Source: Entomortierella parvispora E1425
Taxonomy: Eukaryota > Fungi > Mortierellomycota
DNA length: 64,000 nucleotides
NCBI GenBank assembly: GCA_020891255.1
Contig: BQFW01000014.1
Span: forward strand, 1,488,001 to 1,552,000
Direction: 5' to 3'
Shown here one piece after another: positions 26,072-39,016 of this stretch. The first letter of the stretch is position 1. Each line of letters begins with the position of its first letter. Below the pieces are notes generated by a model, which ran no database searches, was not told the DNA's origin, and saw only the letters and a program-made list of their open reading frames with translations. Position numbers and translations under genes: made by a program.

Positions 26072-28866
26072 ATGACCGCCACACTCCCAACCAACCAAAA
26101 GCACGACACTGAGTCCACGACGACGCGCATTGAATGCGAGTATGCCGAGGAGAGCGATTCCGTCCCTGAGACCTCCGCCGTAAGCACTGCCCAGGACAGC
26201 CACGATCAAATCCAAGAGCAGACACACATGGCCTCCATTTCTTTTCTTTCTTCTTCTTCTCCCTTCTCTGCTCCTCCTTTACCTCCTCCTGCTCAGTTGT
26301 CTTTTCCATCCTCAACTACACCCGCCTCTACACCATCTTCATTCCCAATGGACATCATCTCTCCCTCCTCTCCAATGCCTCCTGTGGTCACTGACAGCCA
26401 CGAGGCTCTCTCGCAAGACCATTCCATTCTCCCAGAACTCGAAATAGACCTACAAGAAATTTCTTTTACAATGATGGATAGGAGCGTTGTTGTCGCGTCA
26501 CACGAAGGTTCCACAGAGAGCGATCCGATCGTGCACGCCAAAGATCAACAACAACCGCAGCAGAGCAGCAACTACGAATCACAAATCCCCTCTCCACAGC
26601 AACAAGAACAACCGCTGCATCAAAGCTACCATCAACATGTCCAAGGCTCATCAACAGACCGAGCGACATACCATCCTAATCCCCATCAGCGCCCTCAGCC
26701 TTCCTATCGACACAGCCAGCCACCCCCACAACGACAGGAACATAGTCTTTACCCTTATCCCACTGTCCCCAAGGCGAACCAGTCAATGCCTACGGACGCC
26801 TCTGGTATGTCCATCAACGATGACCGTTGGGTAGAGCCATCAGCAACGCCCTTTTTGGTCTTCCCTATATAATGCCTGTTCATTTCTCACTCCATGTCCT
26901 CACCCCTGCTTACAACATTTTCCTCTCCCCTAGAAATGATGCACTCCAACGGTCCCTCCTCAGGATCAAGTAACCGCAGAAATCAGGGCAATCGCCGATC
27001 TTGGTCTCCCAATGATGTCCTGCACTCGTCTCCTGGGGGTTCTGTGGGCTATCAGCATACACATGGCTACCTGACCCCCCCTAGACAGCTCTCAGATGGC
27101 ATTCCGTCCAACACGTCATCCTCTTCCAACTCAAGACAATCCTCTGTGGCAACCTCCATCTCACTCCTCACGGACGCGGCCATCCTGGCCAAGTACCGCG
27201 AATCGGCCAACAAGACCAACGATGCATCGACCCAGATTTCGTTCGCAAAGTACCTCCTGGAGATCGGAGAGTCATCCAGTGAATTCGAGGCTTCCACTCG
27301 TCTATTGATCTCCACGCCTCCACCCTCCCGCCCTTCTTCGGCCACGGGGTCAACGGACCGGCGACCATCCTGCTCCCTGTCGGATACCGGCAGTAACGGC
27401 TCACCCCCGGGGCCAAGCGCCAGCCATGCAGGCCATGCAGGCCTTCAAAATCATGCAGCTACCGCAATTACTGCTGGTGCTGCAGCACCTCCTCCCTTGA
27501 AGCCATTGCCTTCACAGTCGTCGCCATTGTTGGCAGAGAGTACGGAGAAGGCTGGTAAGAGGCAATTGACAATCGAAGCCATGTATTGGATCGACCGGTT
27601 GGCCAAGGAGGGGCACCCCGAGGCTCAATTCATCAAGGGCTCTTGGTATGAGGATGGTCTTTATCTGTGCAAGAAGAGCACCGATAAGGCCTTTCGTTGG
27701 TACCAGTCTTCCTCCAAGGGCGAGTACGGTCCAGCCCATTACAAGGTTGGGTACTATTGCGAAAAACGCAAGGACCACAACAAGGCTGTGATGCTCTACA
27801 AGAAAGCTGCCACCCACAACGATGTTCCCGCGAGTCATGTAAGAACACGAACGAATACCTCCCCCCCCCCCTCCCTCTCGTTGTCGCGTTACCACCTGCC
27901 TTTCCCTACTTTTCTAATGATTTCATCGCATTTTTATTTCTTCATCTTTCTTAGCGCCTTGCCATGATCTATTTCTATGGCGAATTGGGTCAGCAAAAGA
28001 ACATGAAGGCCGGACTCCAATATCTCAAGCGTGCAGCCATGTTGGCCACCGAGTCTGCTCCCATGGCACCCTATGTCCTGGGATTGATCTTGGCGCGCGA
28101 GTACGACCACTTGAACCAGACGCAGCAGCAGCGTCCGAGCCCCAAGAAGAACAACAAGAACAAACGACCACCACTCAACATCCCAGACGACATTGCGTTC
28201 CCAGACGACAGCGAAGCTCTTCTCTGGTTCCGACGCTCCGCCGAGCTCGGGTATGGTCCTGCCAACTACAAGTTGGGTTATTGTCACGAATACGGCGCCT
28301 TGGGTTGTCCCATCGACCCCTTCCTGTCCGTCCAGCATTACGAACGCGCGACGTGGAGCCCCTTTAAGGAGCATCGTCGGCGTTACAGCATGGGTGCCGG
28401 AGAGGAAGACGAGTCTTCAATGGCCGGTGATGGCTCTGATAGCAGTTACGGTGGTCATGGAGAGGCCGAGATGGCTCTAAGTGGTTGGTACTTGAGCGGG
28501 GCCGAAGGTTACTTCCCCGCGAATGATGTCCTGGCCTTTCACTATGGATCCAAGGCCGCGTCCAAGGGGTTGGCCAAGGCCCAGTACGCCGTGGGGTATT
28601 ACTATGAAGTGGGCGTATCTGTCCCGGCTGATATGGACAAAGCCTTGGAATACTATCGACTGGCGGCAGCCCAGGGGAACAAGGATGCCTTGGACAGGTT
28701 GGAGCAGCACAAGATTGAGATGGAAAAGACCACGGAGCCTGAACAGGGTTCGAAGGAGCAAGGGGCGGCTTCCCTTGCCGTGGACAAGAAGAAAAAGAAG
28801 CGTCAAAGCACCGGAAAGTCCAAGCAAGGCGGTGATTCGGACAAGCAGGGATGCACCATCATGTAA
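26072..28866 (+). CDS. SEL1-repeat chitin synthase activator (Chs4/Skt5-like) with C-terminal CaaX
   Basis: Long disordered N-terminus; AILAKYRESANKTND..QISFAKYLLE; SEL1 repeats (GPAHYKVGYYCE, GPANYKLGYCHEYG, AKAQYAVGYYYEVG); ends CTIM; start codon uncertain. Confidence 0.82.
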
Positions 28867-29193
28867 AATACACCTCAATAATCAAAAATAATAATAATAA
28901 TCAGCTTTTCAAGTACCAGTGCGTGATCATCAGTAATGTACATCTTGGGTGAGAAAGCGGCCATTTCGGTTCTCCCCTCTTGTATCAATCTTTGTAGATC
29001 TGGACACCAAGGGGTAAAGGCACCTGGCTTATCTGCAGCACGGACCCGGGATCCCATCTCGAAAACCACACCTCCCCCGGGATCTCCTCATCAGTGACCT
29101 ACATCAGTTTGGCCAACTTACTTTTTTGTGGGTATCATACAGGCTTTTTTTAATGAGGAAAACAATTAGTAGTGTATACGACCATGGACCCGA

Positions 29194-31119
29194 TCATGGA
29201 TGGGCCTTCATGATTCTATCTAGAGTTTCGGTAACCAGGAACGAAATGTCGTTCCTCGTCTTTGCAATCTGGATCACGTCTTTCACATCACAGCCCGCGT
29301 TCTCAATGCTGACCGACAACAACCGCCCACTTTGAGGATGGAGTCGGATCAAGAACTGGGTTAGGATCGCTTTCCGGTGACTACCGCTCTTCTTGGACTG
29401 GGGTACTTTGTTCGAGTTTCCAGAAGTCAATCCAGGGACGGTATGAACCGTGGCCGATCCAGGGGTGATTCTGTATTCCAACAGCAAGGAACTGGATTCG
29501 TTCAGAAATTGGATTGACTCGAGTCCTACACCATCCTGGTACCGTTTTGTGATCTCTAGGCACTCTTTGTAAGCTGCCTCGATTTCTGGTTGCCGGAACG
29601 CACTCATTTTGACGGCTTCCTTGGCCCGTGCTTCGGTTTGGATCCGTTGAGCGGCTAGTTTTTGGTTTCTCTCCTGAAGTTGACTCTCTTGCCATTTCAG
29701 ATCCTGGATATTAGAGGTCACTTCGTCCTTCTCCTGGTGAACCTGGTGCAACTCCCGTGTCTATAGGATGAATGAATGGAAGGGATAAGGAAAAAAAAAA
29801 GAGTCAAAATAGGTATTTCTCATGTTGAGCCACACTTTCGACATTGAGCGACAAAAAGGTTGAGCCGTTTCTTACCAGGTTCTCAAGGACATTTTGTGAA
29901 TCGCTTATCGTCATTCCCTATTCAACAGCAATCACGAAAAAAAAAAGTTAGGCTCGACTCGTTTCCAGATTGACTGCCATCTGCGCATTCTCATGCCATA
30001 CCATGTATTTGTCCTCCAACGTTTTCAGCTGCGCCAGTTCTGCCTCCTACTCGGGTAATCGATAAAGGTAGAATCAAGAAAGTTAACTAAGCAAGAAGCG
30101 AGGTCTACGTCTAGTACTCTTCCTTTCAAATGAGCTTGCGTTTACCATTTCTTGCATCTCATGAAGCATCTTGGTCATCTGCACATGATCCTTCCCCATG
30201 CCGTCGTAGTCTATGATGAAGGAATGAGGTGGGTTCCGTTATTGAGTCTCTGTTTTCTTCCTTTGGGAAGTTCGCTTTGAGACAAGCTCATATCCTGCTG
30301 TACCTTGATAAACAAGACCAACAGCCTCGTTCAGTTCTCCTGCAAAGTTTGCAATCTCCAGTTCCAGCTCTTCCAGGTACCGCCTATGCTCGTCATTTCT
30401 GGTTGCTTTTGAGGAGGAATTAAATGGAAGATATTAGTCAGAATATCCGATGTGTTGAGAGTAAAACGATGCATGTGTTGCTGTCCATCCTATGCCAGGG
30501 ACATACACAGTTCCTGGACGTCGGCATTGGTGAGAGCCATAGGTTCATCCGCCAAAAGCTGCTTTAGAAACTTTTCCTTGGTAGCATGTTCGAGATAGTT
30601 GAACCTGTATTTCTCAAACAGTTCCTGATAGGAAAAAAAAAAGAGATAAAAAGAGAGATGAAGGACGCCTGGTTAACATGGTAGAATAGCACTCCTTCTA
30701 CTGATCCCACCGATCAATTCTTGATTTCCAGACTGCAGGGTTTGTCGTTTTGGTCCTTACTTGGTAATAGAGCTGGTCACTTTGCTGCTGAGTCAGGGCA
30801 ATGGCAGCTCCTCCTGCCTGAGCTTCCAGTTTGCTGAGTTTGTTGTTCTCCAGGAACTGGTTGTGCAGTCCATGGAGATACAGCTGCATTGTCCTGTATT
30901 CCTCCTTAAGCCTGCAGGAGGTAAGAGAGTCAAGGTTCCATATCAGTTGAATGAATGATGTCCATTGAAGCAACCATGTAGAAAAAAAGGTAAAGAAAAA
31001 AAAAAAAAAAGGGAATCCAGCATGCGCACGTACTCATTGTTCCTCTCAGTAGCTCTCCTAGTCTCATCCTGATTGAGGGCAGACCATGGCGCGGCCGGAG
31101 TCTTTGCGAGCGAGTCCAT
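29194..31119 (-). CDS. Kinetochore Spc7/KNL1-complex subunit Sos7/Kre28/Zwint-like, multi-exon
   Basis: Exon ELFEKYRFNYLEHATKEKFLKQLLADEPM resembles the Sos7 core (ELFxKxxFxYxEQxTKEKF), followed by coiled coil and a compact C-terminal domain. Confidence 0.7.
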
Positions 31120-31301
31120 GTGTGGGTGTCCTGGGTCGAGTCCTGGGGTCGAGATGAGATGCAAAGAATACAAAAGACCAGCGCGTGTCCACCGAGGGTA
31201 CGCGCTGGAGGGAAAGGGACAAAAAGAGAGATGACAACGGCCAAGCCACCGTTGGCATGGAGATTGGTGGCGTCCCTTTTTTGGATGTGTCCCTTTCCCG
31301 T

Positions 31302-31347
31302 CCTTGCTTCCTTGCTTCCTTCCTTCCTTCCTTCCTTCCTTCCTTCC
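31302..31347. repeat. (CTTC)n tetranucleotide microsatellite in the Sos7/TSTD2 bidirectional spacer
   Basis: ccttgcttccttgcttccttccttccttccttcc... read directly. Confidence 0.85.
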
Positions 31348-31383
31348 GTCCTCCCTTCCTCTTCTTTTCCTACTTCTATAGCC

Positions 31384-32918
31384 ATGACCAACACGGCCGA
31401 TGCCCGATGGATGGCCAAGAAGCGTGCTCAGAATCGCATGGTCCAAGACAGGAAAGCAGGCGCTCATTCATGGACCTGCTGTGACCTCTGCCTCACCGAG
31501 GCATCGGCCATGTACCGTCATGTCGCCGACGCCCATGCAGCCGAACTGGATAAGCAAGCAGATAACGAGCTCCTGAAGCAGTCTGCACGATCCTTGGAGA
31601 AGAAAGAGCGGCAAACCAAGGTTGACGCAGAATTCAAAGCTCGTCGAGCTGAAAAATATGCCAGTGACCCCATCAGCATGGATTGCACCTGCGACCCAAC
31701 CAAAGGAACCGTGATCCTGTTCTATGCCTATCTCCCCATACCCGATCCGTCAGCCCTGGCCATACAACATAGAGCTTGGTCACAGGACCTTGGCCTCTGC
31801 GGAAAAGTCAAGCTGGCACAGGAGGGCATTAATGCCACTCTCGCTGGTTCGGTCGCATCCATCACTCAATACATCGACCTCATCTCGGAACTACCAGAGC
31901 TGGAATCCCTCCAGCTTTCTCGCCATTCATCGTCTGCTGCATCAGGATCAGAATCGTTGAACAGGAAGCGATACAATTTCTTCAAGCCTACACCGGGATG
32001 CATCCATGTTTTTGGCGGGACAATTTCGATCAAGGTCGTAGAAGAGATTTGTCCTCTTGGTGCACCCGAGATGAGTGTCTTTCAGGATCCAAAAAACAAG
32101 ACGGGAAAGCTTCCACCGGCTGAATTCCATGAAAAGTTGAAAGAGTTGCAACATCAGGAAGATGTGGTGGTTCTGGATGTACGAAACTACTACGAGTCCT
32201 TGATCGGTCATTTCCCAGGCGCCGTCATGCCTCCGATCCGAAAGTTTTCGTCTTTTCGGGACTATGTCGACCGTAACAAGGACCGATTTGCGGGCAAGAC
32301 AATCCTGTCTTATTGCACAGGCGGGATCCGCTGGTAAGAGAAGAGTATCAGATGTCATGGTCTCCCACGTGTGCTTGAATCTCTAATATCATCTTGGGTC
32401 TTCTTTTCACTAGCGAAAAGGCAACAACATATCTGCGACAATCTTTGGAAACTGTGGAGGGTTCTAAACCTCCAAATGTGTTGATGCTGGAGGGAGGAAT
32501 TCACAACTATCTGGAGTGGATCAAGCTGGAAAATAACCCCAAAGAATCACTTTGGCTCGGGAAAAACTATGTGTTTGATGCACGACAATCCCTTGGACTC
32601 GCTGGCTCACAGTCGTCTGCAGACAGCGACCAACTAGTGTCCTTCTGTCAAGGCTGCAAAGCAGCTTGTGCACGCTATGTAAAATGTGATGGATTTGGAT
32701 GCCATCGACTGATTATTGCCTGCGAGACTTGTTCTCCTACGATACCAAGCGGCCAGAGCGGGATGTGTTGTTGTGAGGATTGCAAAGAAATGGGCGAGCG
32801 CGTTCTTGAGTATGTGGATTCGGCCATAGTCCCTGCACCCGGAGAGACAAGGGTAAAACGGGGTATTTGTTCGTGTGAACGTGCACGACGGATAGCCCTG
32901 GGTGTAGAAGAGAAATAA
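31384..32918 (+). CDS. Rhodanese-domain protein, TSTD2 / bacterial TrhO (YceA, UPF0176) family
   Basis: ILFYAY, GKVKLAQEGINATLAG, LDVRNYYESLIGHF, spliced active-site loop YCTGGIRCEKA, LEGGIHNYL, GKNYVFDARQ, Cys-rich C-terminus; one intron near 32335-32413. Confidence 0.88.
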
Positions 32919-33255
32919 ACATTGTTTACGTGTGCAATTAGTTTGTATGCCGCTGTGCTTGCCGAAGAGCAGAGATCCAAAAGGACGGAGCGAGAATGGT
33001 CAACAAGGGGAAGAACAGGAGCAAAGCCCCTCTGTCATTACACTCCAATTTAACACTCCCGACCCAGTATGCGCAACCGCTTGTCTTTTTCAATCCAAGC
33101 ACTCAGTTGACGATTAACGTTGGAGCGTTTCAGTGGAAAGAAACGTCGGCCGCGTATGGAGGCTATCTTGGAGTCGCAGGGACCTCTGATTATTTTGTGA
33201 TGGGGATATCTAGCACATGCAACAAAGTCACGAGTAGGGAAAAAAAAGACAGGTT

Positions 33256-35494
33256 TTATTTGCCACCGCTGTTTCCAGCTTCGGCTTCTTCCAATGATTG
33301 TGTCCAATCCCACGGTTTCCATGACTTTTGGAAATCTTTTACGCGTCTTGGGTTCTCGGACGCTGGAATGCGCTTGCCGTTGCGTCGCTGCCATTGCGTT
33401 GAATCCATTTCGCAGATGGAGGCCAGGACTTCTTTAGCAAAGTAATCACTGAACTGATCAGCGTCCTCAATGACGTGACCATATCCCTTGTCAGGAGAGC
33501 CAAGCCAGACATGGAAGAACGGCATCTTGGGTGTCAGTCTTCGACGGAACCCTCCATTGCTTGCCAGTTTTGCGTCTGTCTCAATCAACTTTTTGTGCTG
33601 CGACCATTCTTCATCGGCACTCAAGATGGCCTCCTGTTTTTACAGATATGATATAAAAAATAAAGAAGGTCAGTGGTCAGATTAATGCGTGAAATGACGC
33701 AGCAACTTTCGTATGACCTAATGAGGGACGTTACTTGCCTTGAAATATCCAGGGGCTGCGCGACCAGCCTCCCAGGGTATAGGGATACACTCGATAACAG
33801 TGTGTTTTTGCCACTTGAGGTTAATAACGGTTTCGGTAAAAATCATGGCCTTGTCCTGGGCAGCGTTCATCTGGATCAAACATTTCATAAAGTTGCGGAT
33901 CTCGTCCCAAGCATCATCATCCAGCTCCAGAGTTGATGTGACATGTTGGGCGGGAACAATGAGACAATGGCCAGGCAAAAACTCCTTGTATAAAGGCAGG
34001 CCCAAGTAAACACGATTTCCCATGGATACGACAGCCATCTGAGGTTGAACTCGCCCTTCATCCTTGAAACACATGGCACAATTGTCCAGTGCAGTTTGAG
34101 TCTTTCGATGGTCAAAGATGGCCGCATTCTTGAGCTGTTCGTCCGTCTTCTTCACTGTCCTGGCAATTTTGTCCGCATTATCATCCATATAATCGTTATC
34201 GTCCTAAAATTAAAGACTTTAAGGTTAATATTTCCTGCAACGGCCTCTTCAATCAAGAATTCCCGTGGGGTATAACAGCATCAAGAAACTTGCCTTGAAA
34301 ACAGTATCCCGGGTGATCCTGCGAGCCAGCTCTTGGTCCATGTCTTCGCCCAAGCCCATTTTCTCTCGTCTCAGCATCTCTTGCAGATCCAAGTCGCCCT
34401 CTTCTCCTTGGTAAGCGACTCTGTTTCCTTGTTCGTCGTGTGTTGCCTCCTTTTTGGGCTTTCCGTGCTGCTTGCTGTTTCCGGGGCCAGGGCGTAATCC
34501 ATAAACCGGCGAGGCTGATCCACTGGAGGGGCGTCCCATGGTTTGTACTACTACAACTCGCTGAGGCTCTGGTGGTGGTCTGGATACAGCCTCAGCGATT
34601 GTCTTTTGTGCATCCTCATATTCCTTCTCCAGTGCATCCGCATCCGGTAAGCCCATCATCTTTGCGCGGATCGCCTTTGCCTTCACCTTGTTGAGCTGAG
34701 CAGGAGTGATGGTGGGTTCTGGTGTTTGACTGTGTGCTGGTGACGACACGTGGGTGGCAAAAGGCGAAGGGATCGGGGTATATCTCTTTTCTTGCTCCTT
34801 CTCCCGTTCCTTTTCTTTGGCTCTCCTTGCCAGCTCCTTTGCCTGGCGCTCTTGTTCGTCCATGGGTCTTTGGAAAGGAGAAGAGGCAGCAGAGCTGAAC
34901 TCTGAGAGACGACCGCTCTTGGATCGTGGTTTTTCGTCGCGATCGCGATGGGTGCTTTCATATGGCGAGTCACCATCGCGACTACTGCTGCTGCCTGTAT
35001 TCCGACGCTTATCACGATCATCGCGGTCTTCCCGATCACGCCGGTGTTTGTCATCGTGGTGCCGACTCTCCTTGTGGCGTTTGTCTCTGTCATCACGACG
35101 GTCGCGTTCATCGCGGTCCTTGCGCTTGTGATCGTCCCGTCGCCTGTCATCCCTGCGAGAATCCCGATCGTCTCTCTTGTCACTTCGTCTGTCGCTCTTC
35201 CTGCTCATTCTCCGATCGAGCTCCTTCTTTTCTGCTAAAGCCTCCTTGTACTTCTCTATTGACTAAGTCAGAGTGAATGGGCCGTCAGTCAGAGAGAAGC
35301 AACGATTTTCACTGGCATGATTTTAATATAAAATAATATCGACTTACCCCGAAGCGCTCTTCGCCAATGACCTCCTCTGGGACACCTTCCTCTGCGGCAG
35401 TTTCCTTGACACGCTTCAGCTTGGCCATTCTCCAGCTCGATCCGGCATCGCCGAAGGTGTGATTCGATGACTGTGGGCTGTCTGCAGTGTCCAT
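33256..35494 (-). CDS. CWF19: CWF19-like protein 2 (CwfJ C-terminal domains), spliceosome disassembly factor
   Basis: GDAGSSWRMAKLKR, RD-rich tract, LDNCAMCF, GHCLIVPAQHV, HTVIECIP, FRRRLTPKMPFFHVW, FQKSWKPWDWT; true start may lie further upstream. Confidence 0.9.
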
Positions 35495-37036
35495 GGCTGA
35501 TGGTGTTGGGTGATGCAGAAAGGAATTAATGTTTGTGGCAATCCACATACTGGCAGGCGAGAAATAACTGTTCTCTAATTGCACATATATATTTGAACCC
35601 TCTATATTTGCACACTGAAATACACACCCTTTTTACGCGCCACCAAGAAGAGACAATGTCGCGTACCTCTTGATGGCCTGCATGCACATGGCATTTTCGT
35701 TACTTTTCTCACTCACGCTCTCCCACCCTGACCACATACTCAAGGCTCTGAGGAAGAAATTTACATTGAACGATGAGTTAATATGAGCTGGCCAGCAGAC
35801 AAGCAGAAGGCGAAGGCAATCTGACAAGACACGGAGGAAGTGGAGGCCAAAGGGCGACATCTTCATGCTCTTCATGTGGGGGTTTACAAACAGGGGACAG
35901 CAGTATTGAAATCGCAACGAAGGGTACTCTTGCTCACTTTGCAGGTAAGATTTGATTCGGGCGATTCGTAGCATGTAGTCAATCGATTCTATGCTTGTCA
36001 ATGGTATCCTTATAACCTTCTTTTGCTGTAGGCTCCCTAAAGCATCCACGCGACCCCATTGATGACAACGCTGTCCACATGACGGCCGCGAGGAGTAAAA
36101 GTAGGTACATTTAGGAAGCTTTTTTTAATGTCCTGTGATGCCGTTACAATAATATTTTTTATATCCTTACCCATAGTTTGTACCGAGAAAGACCAGTCTC
36201 TGAATGAGAAAGACGACTGGGAATGACGGGGACAATACTTCCCTGGCACCAGCTTGTGTGCTCAACCTGGTTCGGCCAGACCAGCCATTCACGTATGGGA
36301 GAAGAGCAGCGCTTGCAGATTATGCGTCCGTTTCTGCCATGCATCATCAGCAAAACCTGGAATCGAGAGGCACACCAGTCTTTGTCTGGACGACATCAAA
36401 GTACCAAGTACGGATGACATCTCTATTGCAGGTCAACCCATCCGTAAGATCATCAAACTTTTTCCACCAAGATCCCAAACACTGACAATAACTGAGAATA
36501 AGGAGGCCGAGAGAGCTCTCATGAGTCTTGCGAACCATTAATCAGGAATAATATCCGAGAAAGACCTGGCCATTCAAAGTAGGATCAAGAGGAGAATTCT
36601 CCGTTGACATGACCCCTCTCTACAATCGTCGTGGAGGCTGCTTCGGTATTCTTTTCGTAGCCAATAAATACTGAGCTCGCCACCTCCGCACTCAAGGATC
36701 AATGCAAGATAGGCTCTGTAGAGCAAGAAGAGGGTTTCCTAGGATCTTGAATGTGCCTCGATCAAAATGTTACACGAGCACTACGAAATTTACCGTGACG
36801 TGACATTAAGAATCACGTGCAAAGTGTGGCGCGTACAGCTCTCCCTTCGCTCCCAGTACGCGTCCCTCCATTCATCCACTTATTCATTCATTCTCCCCTA
36901 CTCCCTTGACCTTTCACCCTCCATCTCTCAGGACGACCAGGACAACCCACCTCCAGGACACACCAACGAAACAGACGGCTCGACCTAGACACACCCGCCC
37001 ACATACAAAGACACATCCATCCATCCTACAGCCATC

Positions 37037-38830
37037 ATGGAGATTGACTCGGACATTCCTCAGTTTTTGGCTGCTCAGAAGCAGCATGCCCCAGCCTCGC
37101 TCCAGAACTACTACAACACCTTTGAGGATCTCTATGAGCGCAAGTACGTTGCGTTTGATTGTCTGTGTCACCCTCTTTAGTTTTTCTAAGAGACGACTTG
37201 AGAAACTGGTCTCTTGAAGACAAAGGTAGAAAAGAAAGTCTCACTGTGGATCCGTCTTTTTGTAGATTGTGGCACCAGTTGACATTGTCTGTCCAGGAGT
37301 TTGTATCAAAGCCAGAGTCAGGACCCTTCCAGGTGGCACTCTACCACCAATTTATCTCGGACTGGGCAGGAAAAATGAGCCAGCTCAAGCTGGTGACGTT
37401 GGGCGTTTCTGCTGCTCGTCAGATTCCTGGTAAGCAAGGGAGAACACAGGACGAAGGATGTTTCTTCTTACGAGGATCGTTTATTTCTCAACAGGCGACA
37501 TCTTATCGATGGCTGACCAGCATTTCTTTGTTCTGGATCTTTCTCAAAAATAGATCATAAGGAGGCAAGAGAGTTTTTGAAGACTTTGACAGAGAAGGTC
37601 AACAAGGACGAGACAAGAGACGCCTATGTGTTGGCAAAGATGGAGACGACTCATTTTGGATTGCTTCTTGGAGATCTCGACTCGACCAAGAGTGACCTGG
37701 AAGAGTGCTCAAAGTATCTGGACAGCTTTGATTCAGTCGATCCTCAGATCAATGCCAGCTTCCTCCGTGTGTCTGCAGACTATTACAAGGTAAACGAATC
37801 GACTCGTGGAGAAGGAGGAATACACCAGGATGGAGGTCATTTGCTTAACTGAAGACATATCTTTGTCCTTGAAACAAACAGATCAAGGCAGATTACGCCA
37901 AATATTACAAGCATGCGCTGCTTTACTTGGCATGTGTGAACATTGATGATCTTTCAACTGCAGAAAAGGCGAGCCGTGCCAATGATCTCGCCCTTTCAGC
38001 ATTGTTGGGCGACTCTATCTATAACTTTGGAGAGCTGGTAAGAATCCGTCCGATGTCTTTTATTCTGCAATGTCCCTTCTGAGTGTGGGATCAGATGTGC
38101 TCAATGCTAATATACATCGTGTTTTTTGATATTCGTCCTGATATAGTTGATGCACCCTATTCTGGAGTCTTTGGTCGGAACGGAGCGTGAGTGGCTCAAG
38201 AATCTTCTTTATGCCTTCAACAGTGGCGATATTGGAAAGTTTGAGGCTTTGGCGCCTCATTTCTCTCAGGAGGTAGGAACGCATACTCAGTTTCTTTGCA
38301 AACGGAGACTGACGGACAGTCGCTATTGATTTGTCCAGCAAGTGCGCAGTATGGACTAACAAACTCCCCTTTTTTCTCTTAGCAAATTCTTCAAAACAAC
38401 ATCACATCTCTCCGCCAAAAGATTTGTCTGATGTCGTTGACAGAGACAGTCTTCAAGCGCAATTCTGATAACCGATCGATCCCTTTCAGCACCATTTCAT
38501 CAGAGACCAAGCTGCCATTGGAGGAGGTAAAGATTCATACCAGAAGATACCAATGGATATTTTAGAGCGACGTCTTATTAACTGAACTGGATGACTTGCT
38601 TCAATTTTTTTTTCTAGGTTGAAATTTTGGTGATGAAGGCACTGTCGCTTGGATTGATCAAGGGAACAATTGACCAAGTAGATGAGGTGGTCAGAGTCCA
38701 CTGGGTCCAACCCCGTGTCTTGGACAGACAGCAAATCCAGGGCATGCAGGAGCGTTTGACAGCCTGGAATGAAAATGTCAAGAAGACTGCCATTGTCATG
38801 GAGGCCGAGGCCGTGGATGTTTACGCTTAA
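37037..38830 (+). CDS. RPN9: 26S proteasome lid subunit Rpn9/PSMD13 (PCI domain), multi-exon
   Basis: FEDLYERKLWHQLT, LSALLGDSIYNFGELLMHPIL, EILVMKALSLGLIKGTIDQVDEVVRVHWVQPRVL. Confidence 0.94.
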
Positions 38831-39016
38831 AAGGGTCTTTCAAAAAATAAAGTAAAAAAGTGGATCTATGGTGAAAAAAAAACTGACCAACATAAAGTCG
38901 CGGAGGATTTTTTTTTATGTATGATTTCAAAGCCCATTATTACACTGTGTCATCATCAGGGCAGATTTTTTTTATTATTCCTTCATCTTGAGAGGGGGGG
39001 GGGGGGGGTCGAACGA

